Assembly (NCBI GenBank): GCA_965112155.1
Contig: OZ218103.1
Direction: 5' to 3' (one strand)
Length of the DNA stretch: 64,000 nucleotides
DNA from: Podarcis liolepis
Lineage: Eukaryota
The notes beneath the pieces were generated by a model, which saw only the letters and a program-made list of their open reading frames with translations, searched no databases and was not told the origin of the DNA. Below, piece by piece: positions 51,876-64,000 of this stretch (the stretch's first letter is position 1; each line of letters begins with the position of its first letter). A program made the position numbers and the translations under genes.

Positions 51876-54800
51876 TTAGCAGCCATTAGAGTAGATAGGT
51901 AATGTGTCTGTTTGATCCATTAACTAGGATCTAAATTACTGACCTGCAATGAATCTTAGATACCGTAGAAGTGAATGTTTCACTTCTGATAGTCTTAGAC
52001 TGCGTACACACACATTTCAAGCAAATTTTCCTAGCACTTCCTGCTACTCTATGACCACATATGCAGATCCTGGATACTAAGACCATACACAGTGAAATAT
52101 CAGTATGGTATCTCTTCTTTAGCTTGTTTATCTCTCATTGAACCAAGCATTCTCCCTGTTTATAGTGTGTTTATTGTCATGAAGACATTAGGCAGGGAAA
52201 GCTGAAGATTGCATTGCCTCTAAAACAACCTGCAGTTGAAAGCTTTAGTGTGAATGTGTTTTTATTTGAATTTCTGCACACTTGAACCTATCCGAATGGC
52301 TCCATAGTTCAGGATTTGCCAATAATGCACATACCATGAAAAAGAAAGGGCACCAGAGGCAGTTAAGAGTTAAGTCTCGTAATATTTACAAGAGATAAGG
52401 CTGCAGTGATAGGGAGAGAAGCCTACAGTACTCAAGAAAACACATTTTATTATCTGAGCTCTGAGTGCCAAGCCATATGACATTTCCAAACTGAGATGAT
52501 AAATGGGACGCAGGTTGAAGGGGGTGGGGAGTCTCTTCAAAAGAAAGGGTTTTTTTTTCCTTATCCAGAGTTGCCTCCAGGGATGTTGGGTGTGGGGTCC
52601 CTACATGAAAAACATGAACAGAACCACTGAAGCTTTCCTTTTGATCTCATTACACTGGAAAGCAAATAAGCTTGTGGTAGCACTGCTACCTTTACATGCG
52701 TATTTAGTTCAAGAGTCTCCTCCTCTGCTGCTTTGAGTATTTGCAGTTCACTTTGTCTTAATATGGAACTGCATCTTTCAGCGAACTCAGGACTGCTTCC
52801 GAAATGGCATCCTTGTATTGAGTTCTCCTTCCCTTTGCAACATGTAACAAAAAAATAAAAATAAAACCCCAAATTTCACCTCACTATACATTTCTACATC
52901 CCTTCCAACAGCAGCCTATGATATGGAGCTGTAGTGAGGAGGAAAACGGCACTGTGACCAGTCACAGCATGCACAGTAGGCTGCCAACACTGCTGTCCCA
53001 CCCTCCCAGTTGCAGAAGTTTTGCCACTTGCAGGGCAGGGCTGTAGCAATGGCAGGCGAAGCACGGGCTTGGTGCTGGTGCTGGTAGACACAAGTATACA
53101 TGCATCTGCTGCTGCCAACCCACTGCTCCCCTTGCCTTCACCATCTTCTGCGTGTCTCTGAGCAGCAGCACTGCTGCAGCCAAGAGAGTGCCACAGAACA
53201 TGCTGCACATCATAGAAGGGGGTTGACATGAGGGGTTCACAAGCATCCCCATCTTGCCTCTAAAGGGGTCAAGGCTTTGCACTGTTTGGAGCAAACACTC
53301 ACAAAGCCTGGATATGTGCCCCTCCATCCCACCTCCCACCTCCCCATGACAGTTCCATGCCTCTGACACACAACAGCTAATAACCAAATGACTAGACTGA
53401 CTGTAAATCATTTTTAAGTGCAGACTGAATATCTCCTCTCCAGAGCTGGATTACCACCACTAAAAATGCCCTGAAAATTTCATAATCATCCTGACATCCA
53501 CCAGAGATTAGACCATGATCAGGGCATCTCTTTCTGATCATAAAACCCTGGTTAGCTTGTAGTTGGGAAAGTACTCCCTTTATTGTTCAGTTGTTCATGT
53601 CTCTATAGCAAGACATTGAATTGGGCCCAGTGGCTATCTGGCAGCTAATGCAGAGCTTTCAAAAGCAAAGCAATGTATTATAGCATTCTGCACCAGCTGC
53701 AACTTCAGAACCATCTTCAAGGATAGCACCATGTAGAAACTTAACATTCATCCAAATAGGTTGTTTAGCAGTGCGTGAATTACTCAGGTCAGGCTGTTCT
53801 GATGCAGGAATGGTTATAGCAGGTGAACCAGACAGAGCTGAACATAAGCATCACTCACCCTCAATGACACCTGAGCCTCCAACAACAGTTGGGAATCAAG
53901 GAGAACCACCCCCCTACTAAATATTTTTTGGGGGGGCATGATAGTAAGAGGAAGTAACAACTTTTGAGTTCATGGCAGAGGTCAGATTGAAACAGGGGGA
54001 CTTTCTGAGTCATCACTTGATCTTCTAGCTGTTTTGCTGCATAATGTCTATGTATTTGTAATGCACAGTTTCATCCCCACCAGATCATGTCAGTTCTCGA
54101 CCAGAAACCTGTATATTATTATTTGTCTCTGCTTTGTTTGTTTGTTTGTTTTTGCTCCTGTTGTGACAGCCAGATTATGTAAACTAGTTTACAGCTTTAG
54201 ATGAATGTATTCGCTGTAGGTACAAAAACATGCCGTTGTAATATTGGTGTGACTATAACAATTCACAACTGCTGTGGAGCCAATCCCAAGTCTTACTTAC
54301 ATTTGAAAGTGTCATGGAAAAGCAACAGGAAAGCATTTCCTTGGTCTACTGTCATAAAGAGAACAGCATGCTCAAGGCTGCTGCAAGAAGGATCAAAGTG
54401 TGTTTGCAACAGCTTGGGTTACACAGCCAATACTTGCCTAAATTTTGTCTGTTCTTGGATTTTTTAAAAATTTACTAGCAGGGATTGCCTGACACTGCCT
54501 TGGGTTTTTTAGAAACCAAAAATATTGGTGTGTGTTTTTTAAAAAAATAGATAGTGTAATTTGTGAGTGTGGACCCATCACACCAAAGTCACATTTAGGT
54601 TTGCTATCTTGATTCAAAATGGCACCTGGCACTCCACATGGACCCCCATCCACACCTCAGGGTCTCTCATGCTGAGTTTGGTGGTGATTCCTCAAGAGGT
54701 GGCCTCCTCACACATGCATTTGCTACTGTAAAACCAAACAGTGAGAAGAATAGAACCTGAAGACAGCATTCCAGTGAAGTTTCACACTGAATAAGAATTA

Positions 54801-55584
54801 TCTGCTGGTTTTATTGTGTTTTGATAACTTAATGCAGTGATTTGTCTCTGCTGGCTGCATAGAGTCCCTGAGGCTGTTATAGCTGCTCCTTAGAATTCTT
54901 TAGCTTCTGATGAATTTTGGTTGTCACCAGCTGAAGACAAATTTTAGAGTTTTTGGTAGGCAGGTGGCTGAGGAGATTTGTTTTCAACCATACAGTCTTA
55001 GTCACTAGGTTGTCAGCAAGTTTTCAGTGGAAAAGAACCCTCTCCCCTTTAGCCTGTGGACAGTCGTATAGTCCATTCCATCACCTCATCCTACTACTGC
55101 ATGTATAGACCAGGCCCTGCCTCTTTTCAAAGGGTGCCTTTTTCTTTAGGAAGAGATATGACCATTCCAGGATTCACTCACTACTCAGAGGAAGCCAAGA
55201 CGTAACCTGACAGCAGCAAGGCCTCAGCTAAGTCCACAAGTGTATCTCCACAGTATGTTTCTTTCATTGCCAAGTTTCATACATCTGAACTACATATGTA
55301 CCTTATGTGTCTTTGACTGAATGGTAGGCAGAAGAAATGGGAGTTCATACTAGAAGATTTCACTCCCCTCAGATATTACCTATAGAGAATACTGATTGAT
55401 AGCAGGACTTTCTGTGCTCTGGGTTAAAACTGGAGTGACAAGTCAGATGCTGAGGAATAAGCTGCAAAGGCAATCCAGAAATGAAGTCAAAGACTCTGTT
55501 AAAGATAAAAACAGAGGTTCCACTTCCACCATCACATATTTCTATAGCCATATTTGCAAAGGTTTGAACAGGCTCTGACAGACA

Positions 55585-56050
55585 ATGTGATATGTTGTAG
55601 TGATTACTGTGTCCACCTAGAACTGGGGAGAGGCAAGTTCAAATTTCCACTCATTCCTGCAGTTTGCTGGGTGACATTTACCCTAACTAAACTCACAGGA
55701 TTGCTGTAAGGGTAAAAAGGGAGGCAGAACCACATGTGGGGTGGGGTGGTGGAAGTTGGTGTCCATTGGGACTAGCAGGATGGAAGGTAGAAAGGCCAAC
55801 AGTAGACAAAGACAAAGCCACTGATAGGTAGAGCAAGCCATTGCTAGTATTGGCCCCATCCTCCTCAGTGGCAACTTCCTAAGGAGGAGAAAGCTGACAG
55901 TCAGTTCCACCACCTGGACTGGATGTAAGTAAGAAGGGATGCAGGTGGGGCTAGATGAGGGCAGACTGATGGGGCAGTCCCCATTCACATCCACTGGTAT
56001 GTATGAAATGTATACCACCCTGAGCTTCTTGGAGAAAGGGAGGCCTTTAA
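55585..56050 (+). mobile_element. Old Squam3-like SINE split by a ~260-bp insertion (~55738-55996)
   Basis: Head GTTGTAGTGATT...GTTCAAATTTCCACTC...CTCACAGGATTGCTG; tail TATACCACCCTGAGCTTCTTGGAGAAAGG resumes near 56010. Confidence 0.6.
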
Positions 56051-56787
56051 AAAAACCAATAAAAGATCCATTGATAAACATTTGCCTGCTGAATTCAGGA
56101 TGGAATATATTTTCATCCTCCTACATGGCGATGACAGTGGCTTACATGTTTTGTTGGTATGCCAAGCCTGATGATGAATGTGGGTGAAACATTTTGCCAG
56201 AACTCTATAATGTTTTGCTGGTCCTCCATACCGATCTGTCCCTGCTTGCTTTCATTGCTCATTCTCTAACAAAACAAAGAAGTGATATTGCCTGCCCACT
56301 CCTTGAGAATTGGCTTCATATATACACACAAGACATGCCAAGCACTTGCATTAACAGCAGTCTTTGGCCAGATCACACTGCTAACACAGCTCTCTGCAGC
56401 TTCTCACATATATTTGAAAGACAACCATGAGCTGTGCTAAGTTTTAAATAGATTGTTTTTGACAAAGCCTATTATTCACAGTCGTCACAAAGCCAATATC
56501 CCTGAAAGTCTCTAGAATATTTCTGCAACTATGTTGACAGACGTACTCTGGTTAAGCTACCCATGACCACAGGTTCCGCTTGTTAAGAAATGCAAACAGA
56601 AAATTTTGACAGGCAAAGGTGATCTGTTCATCAGACTAATCTGTGGAAGTTTCAGACATCAGCTACTCCATTGGACAGGAGATGGATGGGAAGCATCAAT
56701 TCTAAACATGCTTAAAATTCAAGTTTTCTGTGACATACCTGCAAGTGTGCTGCATCTAGATTCACATGTGCCAAGTGTTTCATGTAT

Positions 56788-57029
56788 GGGAACATAGAAG
56801 GCTATCATATGCTGAGTCAGACTATTGGCCAAGCCAGTTTATCTCTGGAGTGATGGGAAGACAGATAAGATAGTGCAGCCTGTTCCTGGAGGAAGGTCAT
56901 TGTTATGTTATGAGTGGCAGCAGGGTTTTAGAAAGGAGCCTTTTCCAGACCTACCTGGGGAAAGATGGAGCATCAGCTTGGACCCCTCTGCATGCAAACC
57001 ACATGTTGTGCCACAGTTATGGCCCCTCC
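56788..57029 (-). mobile_element. tRNA-derived SINE (same family as 4111-4278)
   Basis: GGAACATAGAAGGCT...GAGTCAGACTATTGG...CTCTGCATGCAAACCACATG...TTATGGCCCCTCC. Confidence 0.65.
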
Positions 57030-57673
57030 ATGCCACAGTCTGCTTGCCTAGATAGGGATGCGTTAACCTGCATTTTTCTGTGTTGGCTGTACACATTTTT
57101 ACCCATAATTCTATGCCAGTGCATTTCTATATTTTTATTTTTACAATCCTCTCAGTATAATATTTTAATATATGTTTATTTTCTCTCAAAATTGGTATTT
57201 CACTTAAGGGAGCTGGAGATTCCATTTTTGACTGCCCCCTTCCATTAAAAACTGTCAACAGGTAGACAACTAGGAGAGCAAGGAACATTTCTCCCCGAAG
57301 TGCTAGCTCTTTGCCTAGAGGGATGCAAAGGCATGTTCAAAAGTAGTATCTTCTTCAACAAAATAATGCATACCACCTTACGGGACAACTGGTCCCTTTT
57401 CCTGGACAACCTGCTCCTAGCACTGTGACAGTGCTGATCTTCATTCACTGAGCTCACCACAAGATTTCAATTTTGCCCCTCTTAACAGTTATCTTTTTGT
57501 TTAAATAGGGAATATATGCATTATGCTTCTTATAAAAGACTAAAACAGGAAGAAGCCTCACGTGGGATGGCTGTATGATATTTACTTAGGCATCTCATTC
57601 ACCTCATTCACTTCTCAGTTCTTCTTTCCTCTCCTCCTCTGGAGAAAAGTCAACCAGTTTAATAATAGTTGTC

Positions 57674-57677
<4 letters not shown>

Positions 57678-57704
<27 letters not shown>
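57678..57704. repeat. (AC)n microsatellite
   Basis: Perfect AC repeat. Confidence 0.95.
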
Positions 57705-58741
57705 TGCTCCTGTGCAAAGCTACCTGCTCAACACACACACACAGGCAAAGTGGACATTTGGCAGAACACAGCATCTTTATTTTTATTTTCCACTATTGAA
57801 CTCAGTTCAAGCTGATGACTTACAAGAATAAAAAAGAGATATTTTTGTGTGGTTTCTGGATGACTAAGTGACAAGCTGTTGCAAATAATACTTAGAAGAA
57901 TTGCAATGGTGTCACCCTGGCAGTTGCCAGGAGCACAAGTGTGTGTGGTTTTACAGCAACAAACCTGAGTCCTGAAAACAAAACAACAACAAAATGTCAA
58001 TGCATAATGTTAGGTCTTTTTCAAACAGGCAGTGATCGCAAACTCTAAAATGCTGAAGGGCCTTTCATACAAGAAGCAAACTTGTTTTTTGTCTCTTTAA
58101 AACATGTGGATGCAGTTGGAAACCCTGGCCTAATCATGGTTTTCCTTGTATGTGCACGTATTTTTAATGGACATCTTTCAAAGTTTGTCAAATATATCTT
58201 CCTTTTTGGCATGTGCAGAATGTTAAGTTGCCCATCAGCAGACTGAGCAGAACAGTCTTTTTCACTACAGTGAGATGTATTGTTTTCCTGTTTAAATTAG
58301 TAATCATTTACAAATTTCCACCTATATGTTATACAAAAATATTATATATTTATAAACCACTTTTCATTAAAAAATATCAAAGCCGTTTAAGACAATTATG
58401 CATTAAATCATACAATAAAAAACTATATACAAGTGATAAAACGAGGAATCAACTATTGTGGCACTGTATATATTTAATTAGCGTATGCAGTTTTATGCAG
58501 ACTGATACCAGCCCCTTTTGGGGCATATCTTCTTTTTTGATGTTGTATATATGGCAATCCTGCCTCTACCTCAAGTGGTATAAGTCCATGAAAAGATTTT
58601 GGGTTGTGTTCAAAATAGTGCTAAGCAGATCCTTGCACAAATGGAACAAATTCCACTTTCACAACAGGACATTGTTCTCCTCTCCTCTTCTGTTCTGGCT
58701 TTCCCCCCAACCCCCTGGAGCAGATTTGGGATGGTGTAAGG

Positions 58742-59503
58742 CAGGGTTGGCCAACTCTCAAGAGACTGCGATCTACTTTCAGAATTAAAATCTGGCAGAA
58801 ATCTACCCCCCGTAGATGGGGAGGATGGGGGTCAGTTCAAAGTTGTTGAGCTTTTCGTTTTGGGGTGGGGGTTAAAGGCAAGGGGCAAAGGCACTCACAA
58901 TAAGATCACTATGGATCTAAACAGCAGCACAGAGAAAGCTCCATCTTCTCTTCCAAAGATCATACAACAATGGAGGGCAGGATGAAGGGGCGTGGCAGGA
59001 GTCAGTTTTAGTGACGCTAAGGAAAGAGATGCGGGTGGCACTGTGGTCTAAACCACTGAGCCTTGGGTTTGCTGATCAAAAGGTTGGTGGTTCAAATCCC
59101 CGCGATGGGGCTCCCGTTGCTTGGTCCCAGCTCCTGGCAACCTAGCCGTTCAAAAGCACGCCAAAAAAAAAAGTGTAAGTAGATTAATAGGTACCACTCC
59201 GGTGATAAGGTAAATAGCGTTTCCGTGCACTGCTCTGGTGTCGGTGTTCCATTGCGCCAGAAGCTGCTTAGTCATGCTGCCCACATGACCCGGAAAAACT
59301 GTCTGCAGAGCAGACAAAGCCAGCTTCCTCGGCCTGTAGAGCGAGATGAGCGCCACAACCCCAGAGTCATTCGCGACTGGACTTAACCGTCGGGGTCCCT
59401 TTACCTTTACCTTTAAGGAAAGGGAGCCAGAGATCGACCACGATCTACCAAAATCTCGCGGGGATCTACCAGTAGATCGTGATCAACCTGTTGGACATCC
59501 CTG
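58742..59503. mobile_element. Non-autonomous hAT DNA transposon interrupted by a Sauria SINE
   Basis: TIRs CAGGGTTGGCCAAC / GTTGGACATCCCTG; 8-bp flanks GTGTAAGG/CTGTAGGG (6/8 match); subterminal GATCTAC/GATCGAC repeats at both ends. Confidence 0.8.
59027..59413 (+). mobile_element. Sauria SINE, full length
   Basis: GATGCGGGTGGCACTGTGG head, GGTTCAAATCCC B box, (ACCTTT)n tail; TSD TAAGGAAAG at 59018-59026 and 59414-59422. Confidence 0.92.
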
Positions 59504-62500
59504 CTGTAGGGCAACACAGTAGAGAGGAGAGGGAGGGTAAGTCCTGTTTTGTAAGAAGAAGTCATTTCATTCATGCAATTATTTAACTGAATGTTGCCCT
59601 TAACTCTTTATCTTCTACTGAGTGTGTAAAATGCACCTGAATTGGTATTTCAGTAGAAAGAGAAAGATACTCTTTTCTCCCTTTGACTTGAAGACAGGGG
59701 CTCACTATGAAATCAGTTGCAAAGCTTAAGGAGGTATTCTCAACTTGATAAAAGAATGCCATTTGATTGAAATGCTCTTCAAGAAATCTGAACAGATTAT
59801 CATGAGAATCTATCAAGACTGATTTTTGCCAATGTCTCACAATTACTAATCCAATGTTCTTTTATTCTGTTATTCATTGTTACTTGTTCCACTTCACCAA
59901 AGCCAAACACATTAATTTTCATGGATTTACAACTCAACTTAACATTAAGGACAGTCATCGCATCAAGTCCTTTGGCCTTAGGATAAGTGGAGGATCAGAC
60001 AACATGCACATAAAATTTAATAAGTGTCAATAACTGACCCACTGAGACTAAACTTTTGTCTCTTCCAGGAAATCAAAACACTTTACGGGGGTGGGGGTGG
60101 ATGGGGGATAGAGGCCTCAGACTTGGCAACAACTTCATATGGGAACTTCAAGTAGCCATATAAACCTCACCCAGAGATAAAAAGAACTTTATAGTTTTTA
60201 ATTGCATCCTAACCTTTCATTAATTGGGCTCTGTGTAACAAACAGCATCACAATAATAGGTCTGCAGCCCCCGTATTGAATGCAAATGGGCATCAATCAT
60301 GGGGAGAGGTACCTGCAAATCATGGGTTGGCATTCTCCACAGGAGCTAATGGGATCGTCAAATACAATGGATGGTCTCTAATTACATACAAGCCTTTTGT
60401 TTCATTTGCTTTGGAAACAAGTGACCCACGAAAAAGCATGTCACAGCTCTGCCAGAATCACTGATGTGTGGGGGAGCTGTACATTAAAACCTGACCAAAA
60501 AAGAGTCTCCATAAGACCTCATTGTAGGAAGCAATAATTCATGAATAAGGATTAGAGAAATGTAAAGAAAGCATGAGATTAATTTATCGCTATGTAACAG
60601 CACCCAGATCCAAGAGTAACACCACCCAAAATGTAAAAAACATTATTAAAAAATTATTGTGGGTTTCACTCCAGCACAGGATGAATTTTGTCCCCAATGT
60701 TAGATTTCTGAAAAATAATGTCAGATTTCACATTAAGCACATTATTATGCTCTGTATTATGTTACTGATATTCGACATCACCTTGGGATCTTTGGATATA
60801 AATTGAATTAATAATACTAATGGTAGTGGTGGTAATAATAATGCTCCTATCCTAAATAATGGCATATTTCATATTTATGCTCCTTTCCTCTTTGATTTTG
60901 ATGGAGTTAACTTTTGAGTAGGCATGCTTTTGATTTCCAGTTTGTGCTTAGGTACAATTTGTATGTGAAAAGTGCCTTTCCTTCAATAACCACAGCGGTC
61001 CATTAGCAGGGTGGAACAGGTGTGAACTCCTTGTCAGGGGACTGCAGCTTTAGGCTGAGTTTCAAAAGCTGTTTGGCATGGAGGTCAGCTGTTCAAATAG
61101 CCAAACATTCCACTGGGCTAATGCAAGTGTAGGCAGACCTTTGGAGCCCAGCCACAGGCTCCAAGCAATAAATCAATAAATGATCATTTATCCTGTTAAA
61201 AGAGAAAGGGGTGACACAGTGGCCTTATTCAGGCATTTATCTTCTGGGTTAAATTAACTAATCATGAGGGAGAAAGGAGATTACTGAACTAGCTCCACTC
61301 CATTCTCTTCCAACATATAGACCTGGAGATGTTTTGAAATAAACCATGGTATTTTGGGGAAATCTGATTTATTTATTTTTTAAAAAACAATTTGTTTCAC
61401 CCACTCTACTAGTCGTATGACCTGGTAAGGTGCATGAGGGGACATAAACAATGCTGGTCCACTTTTAAGTATCAGAATTGCCGCTTACCCCTTTCACAGG
61501 TTGAAGCCCCTTTCATTTGACCACCATCCACAGCAGCCAGAGCACACAAGTTGGGGTGGCCATTTGGGAATTTCCCTAGCTGGTTTATTGCATTCTAGGT
61601 CAATTCTTTAACATGTATTTTAAAGATATTTTGTTTTCCAGGTTGCTGGTTTAGCCTTGCTTTATTCCCTAGGTTTCCTTCTGTTTAACCATCTTTGGGT
61701 TCCTTTCATCTTGCTATGGTTGCCGTCTTCAGAGCCGGCAAGGAATTTGCCCATAGACAAGTTGGCCCATCTAAAGGTTTTGCCCTTCCCCATAGCAAAA
61801 CATCACAACTGTTGGCAGCTAGGGAGGAATCCCAATCACCAAGCTTTTGGGTGAAGTGGTGCATCATCCTGCCCTGAACCAGTGGCTTACTCAGGGTACC
61901 CTGTTAGAGGGGTCTCGGCGTAAGTCTCTGTCCAGAAGCCAAACATGGGGCAGGCCAGCCATAGAGCTTCCAGCAGTGGCCTTAGGCTGACCACTTTGGT
62001 AGATCAATATCTTGGGGAAGCCAGAATGCTTGGCCTTGAAAAAGTCCTTGCCTTCTGGCCGGAGGCTAGAATGGATATACACCCATTGCCTGAGCCAAAA
62101 TTCCATCCACACCTGCAATCAATAATTTGTGGTCATTTTAAATTCAGATCATTGTCTACTTGAGGTGTTTTTTTATCACACCTTACTTTAGTCCCTGCCT
62201 AGGGGAAGGTGACTGGGAGAGCAATTTTTATTGTTTGCATTTGTGAATATCTTTGTCCATCATAGCTATTACTGAGGATCCTGACTGTCCCATTGCTACT
62301 ATGGCTTGCTAGATCATTGCCTATGGTAGGAGTCTAAACCATAGTTATGGTCCATTTAGCACCAGTCCACCAAAATAAATAGAACAAGTGGAACAATAGC
62401 CCATGCTCCATCCTAGGAAAACATCATGGCCTGGAGTGCAAACAGCTAGTAACATCCTTCTCATCTCTTGTCCAGCAGACTTGTGAAGTGTATTCCCCAA

Positions 62501-64000
62501 CAGAGTCCTGTTGTCTGATGGTGGATATGATGCTATTTGTTGTAATTTATGTTGACATTTCATTTCACACGCTATTAAATGAACCCCTTCAGAAGGATGA
62601 AAACGAAGTTTGCTCTAAAGGAAGAAAACTAATGTGTGTGTTGGTGTAAAACAAGCTCTTGATTTATTCTTCTGATAATAGTTAATATATATGGAGCAAA
62701 ATACTCAGCTGACCCCGGCCTGCATAGCTGTGCTTGATGTAATATCAGGCTGCGTGACTATGACAGTAAAGTCACTAATGTGATTTGATGCTTGCAGATG
62801 CTTCTCTTATTATTATTGGTTTCTTGACTTAGCAGTGGTATTTCTAACCTGCTCTTACTAACCTTTTCTCTTTATTGGATAACTAGAGACTGAGCATACT
62901 TTCTATAAAAGCCCACTTGTGTTGCCCTTTGTAATCTGAAAGGGGGGAAAAAAGAAGCACAAAAGAACTAAAATGAATCATTTTTTATTTGCTGAGTTTA
63001 CCAGTGGCATAATGTATCACTGGCTGCCCTTGGGGGAAAAAAAGGGGACATATATCATGGCAGTTCTTAAAAATAATTTGAACTTCAGCAATTTAAAGAA
63101 CTAGAAACAATAAAAGAAGAGCATTCTTGACAGCCACAGAAACCCCCACCCTTCAGTAATGGGGAGACACTGTAAACGAAGGGCAGAGTTTTCACCCATT
63201 TGGAGTGATGGCAATGTTGGGCTATCCAGGAAGCATTTCCCTCTCAGTTGGCTTTGTGACACTGTCACATTGCCAAAACTTGATTGGCTGCATACCGTTG
63301 TGATGGCACCACACTCAATACATGATTTCCAATTTAGGAAAATGACGGACTTTGTAATCAGCCATTTAGGAGACAAATAGCAGGCTGGGTAGCAAACAGA
63401 CCGTAAATAGGGTGAGCAAAGGGGCGTCAGGAAATCTCCCCCTCTCAGGTAGTCCCCCTTTCACCCTCCAAAATGAGCATGTAAACGCTCAGCATAACCA
63501 TAACATTAAGAGCTGTTTCACACAAGCAAACACAGTACACGTGATCCCTGGCAATATCCTCTGCATGCAGGAATCTAATGGAGAAATGTGATGAATGGGA
63601 GTTCTACAGATACATTGCCCCTGTGATTTCCATAATTTAGCAAAATGTTTGAGTACCCACATCACAGAGGATGCTGCAAGGGTGCATTGGTGAAATGCCT
63701 GTGAATGCACTTAGTTCAATCCCTATGCCCAGGAACATTTATTTATTCATTTATTTGATTTATATACCACCCTTCATAATAAGATCTCAGGGAACATCAT
63801 GGCCTGAAATTTGATGTAGCCTAGCAAGCTACTTGGGAGCATACATACCAAAACTTCTGCAGATGCACAAGGAAAAAGAGAACAGAGGCATCACAAAGCC
63901 TCTGTATTGACTAGACCTGGTATATATATATCAGGAGCTTAACCTTGAAGATACAGAGCAAAGCTTTCTGCCTGTTGCAGTCTGCCTTCCAGCAGCAGTA

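Noticed and set aside
58213-58788. 191-aa ORF, the longest outside KCND3
   Set aside because: Non-ATG start, AT-rich low-information sequence running into repeat remnants; no domain similarity.

Overview
Vertebrate genomic DNA, almost certainly from a squamate and probably a lacertid lizard, judged from Sauria SINEs, a BovB fragment and CR1/L2/Penelope remnants. The window holds the 5' part of KCND3 (Kv4.3 A-type/Ito potassium channel, + strand): a CpG-island promoter region (~60-800), a ~10.5 kb probable first intron, the large first coding exon (11194-12360; CDS 11255-12360) that ends inside the GYG selectivity filter, and the first ~51.6 kb of the next very large intron. No other host protein-coding exon is recognisable; the other ORFs are transposon fragments or noise. 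The most striking non-coding signal is a family of palindromic Penelope-like insertions with target-site duplications (TSDs). One copy (36422-36639) carries an intact minimal type I hammerhead ribozyme motif (36514-36555) on the pre-mRNA strand, one (26660-26839) has collapsed into a spacerless palindrome that lost the catalytic core, and an older decayed relative sits in intron 1. Other candidates are an expanded-spacer REST/RE1 site in the promoter, three tandem strong-context upstream ATGs, a possible poison exon beside a MEF2/TEAD motif cluster, inverted repeats flanking the coding exon, two solo LTRs and a triple-nested transposon. Repeat family names come from recognition, not database searches.
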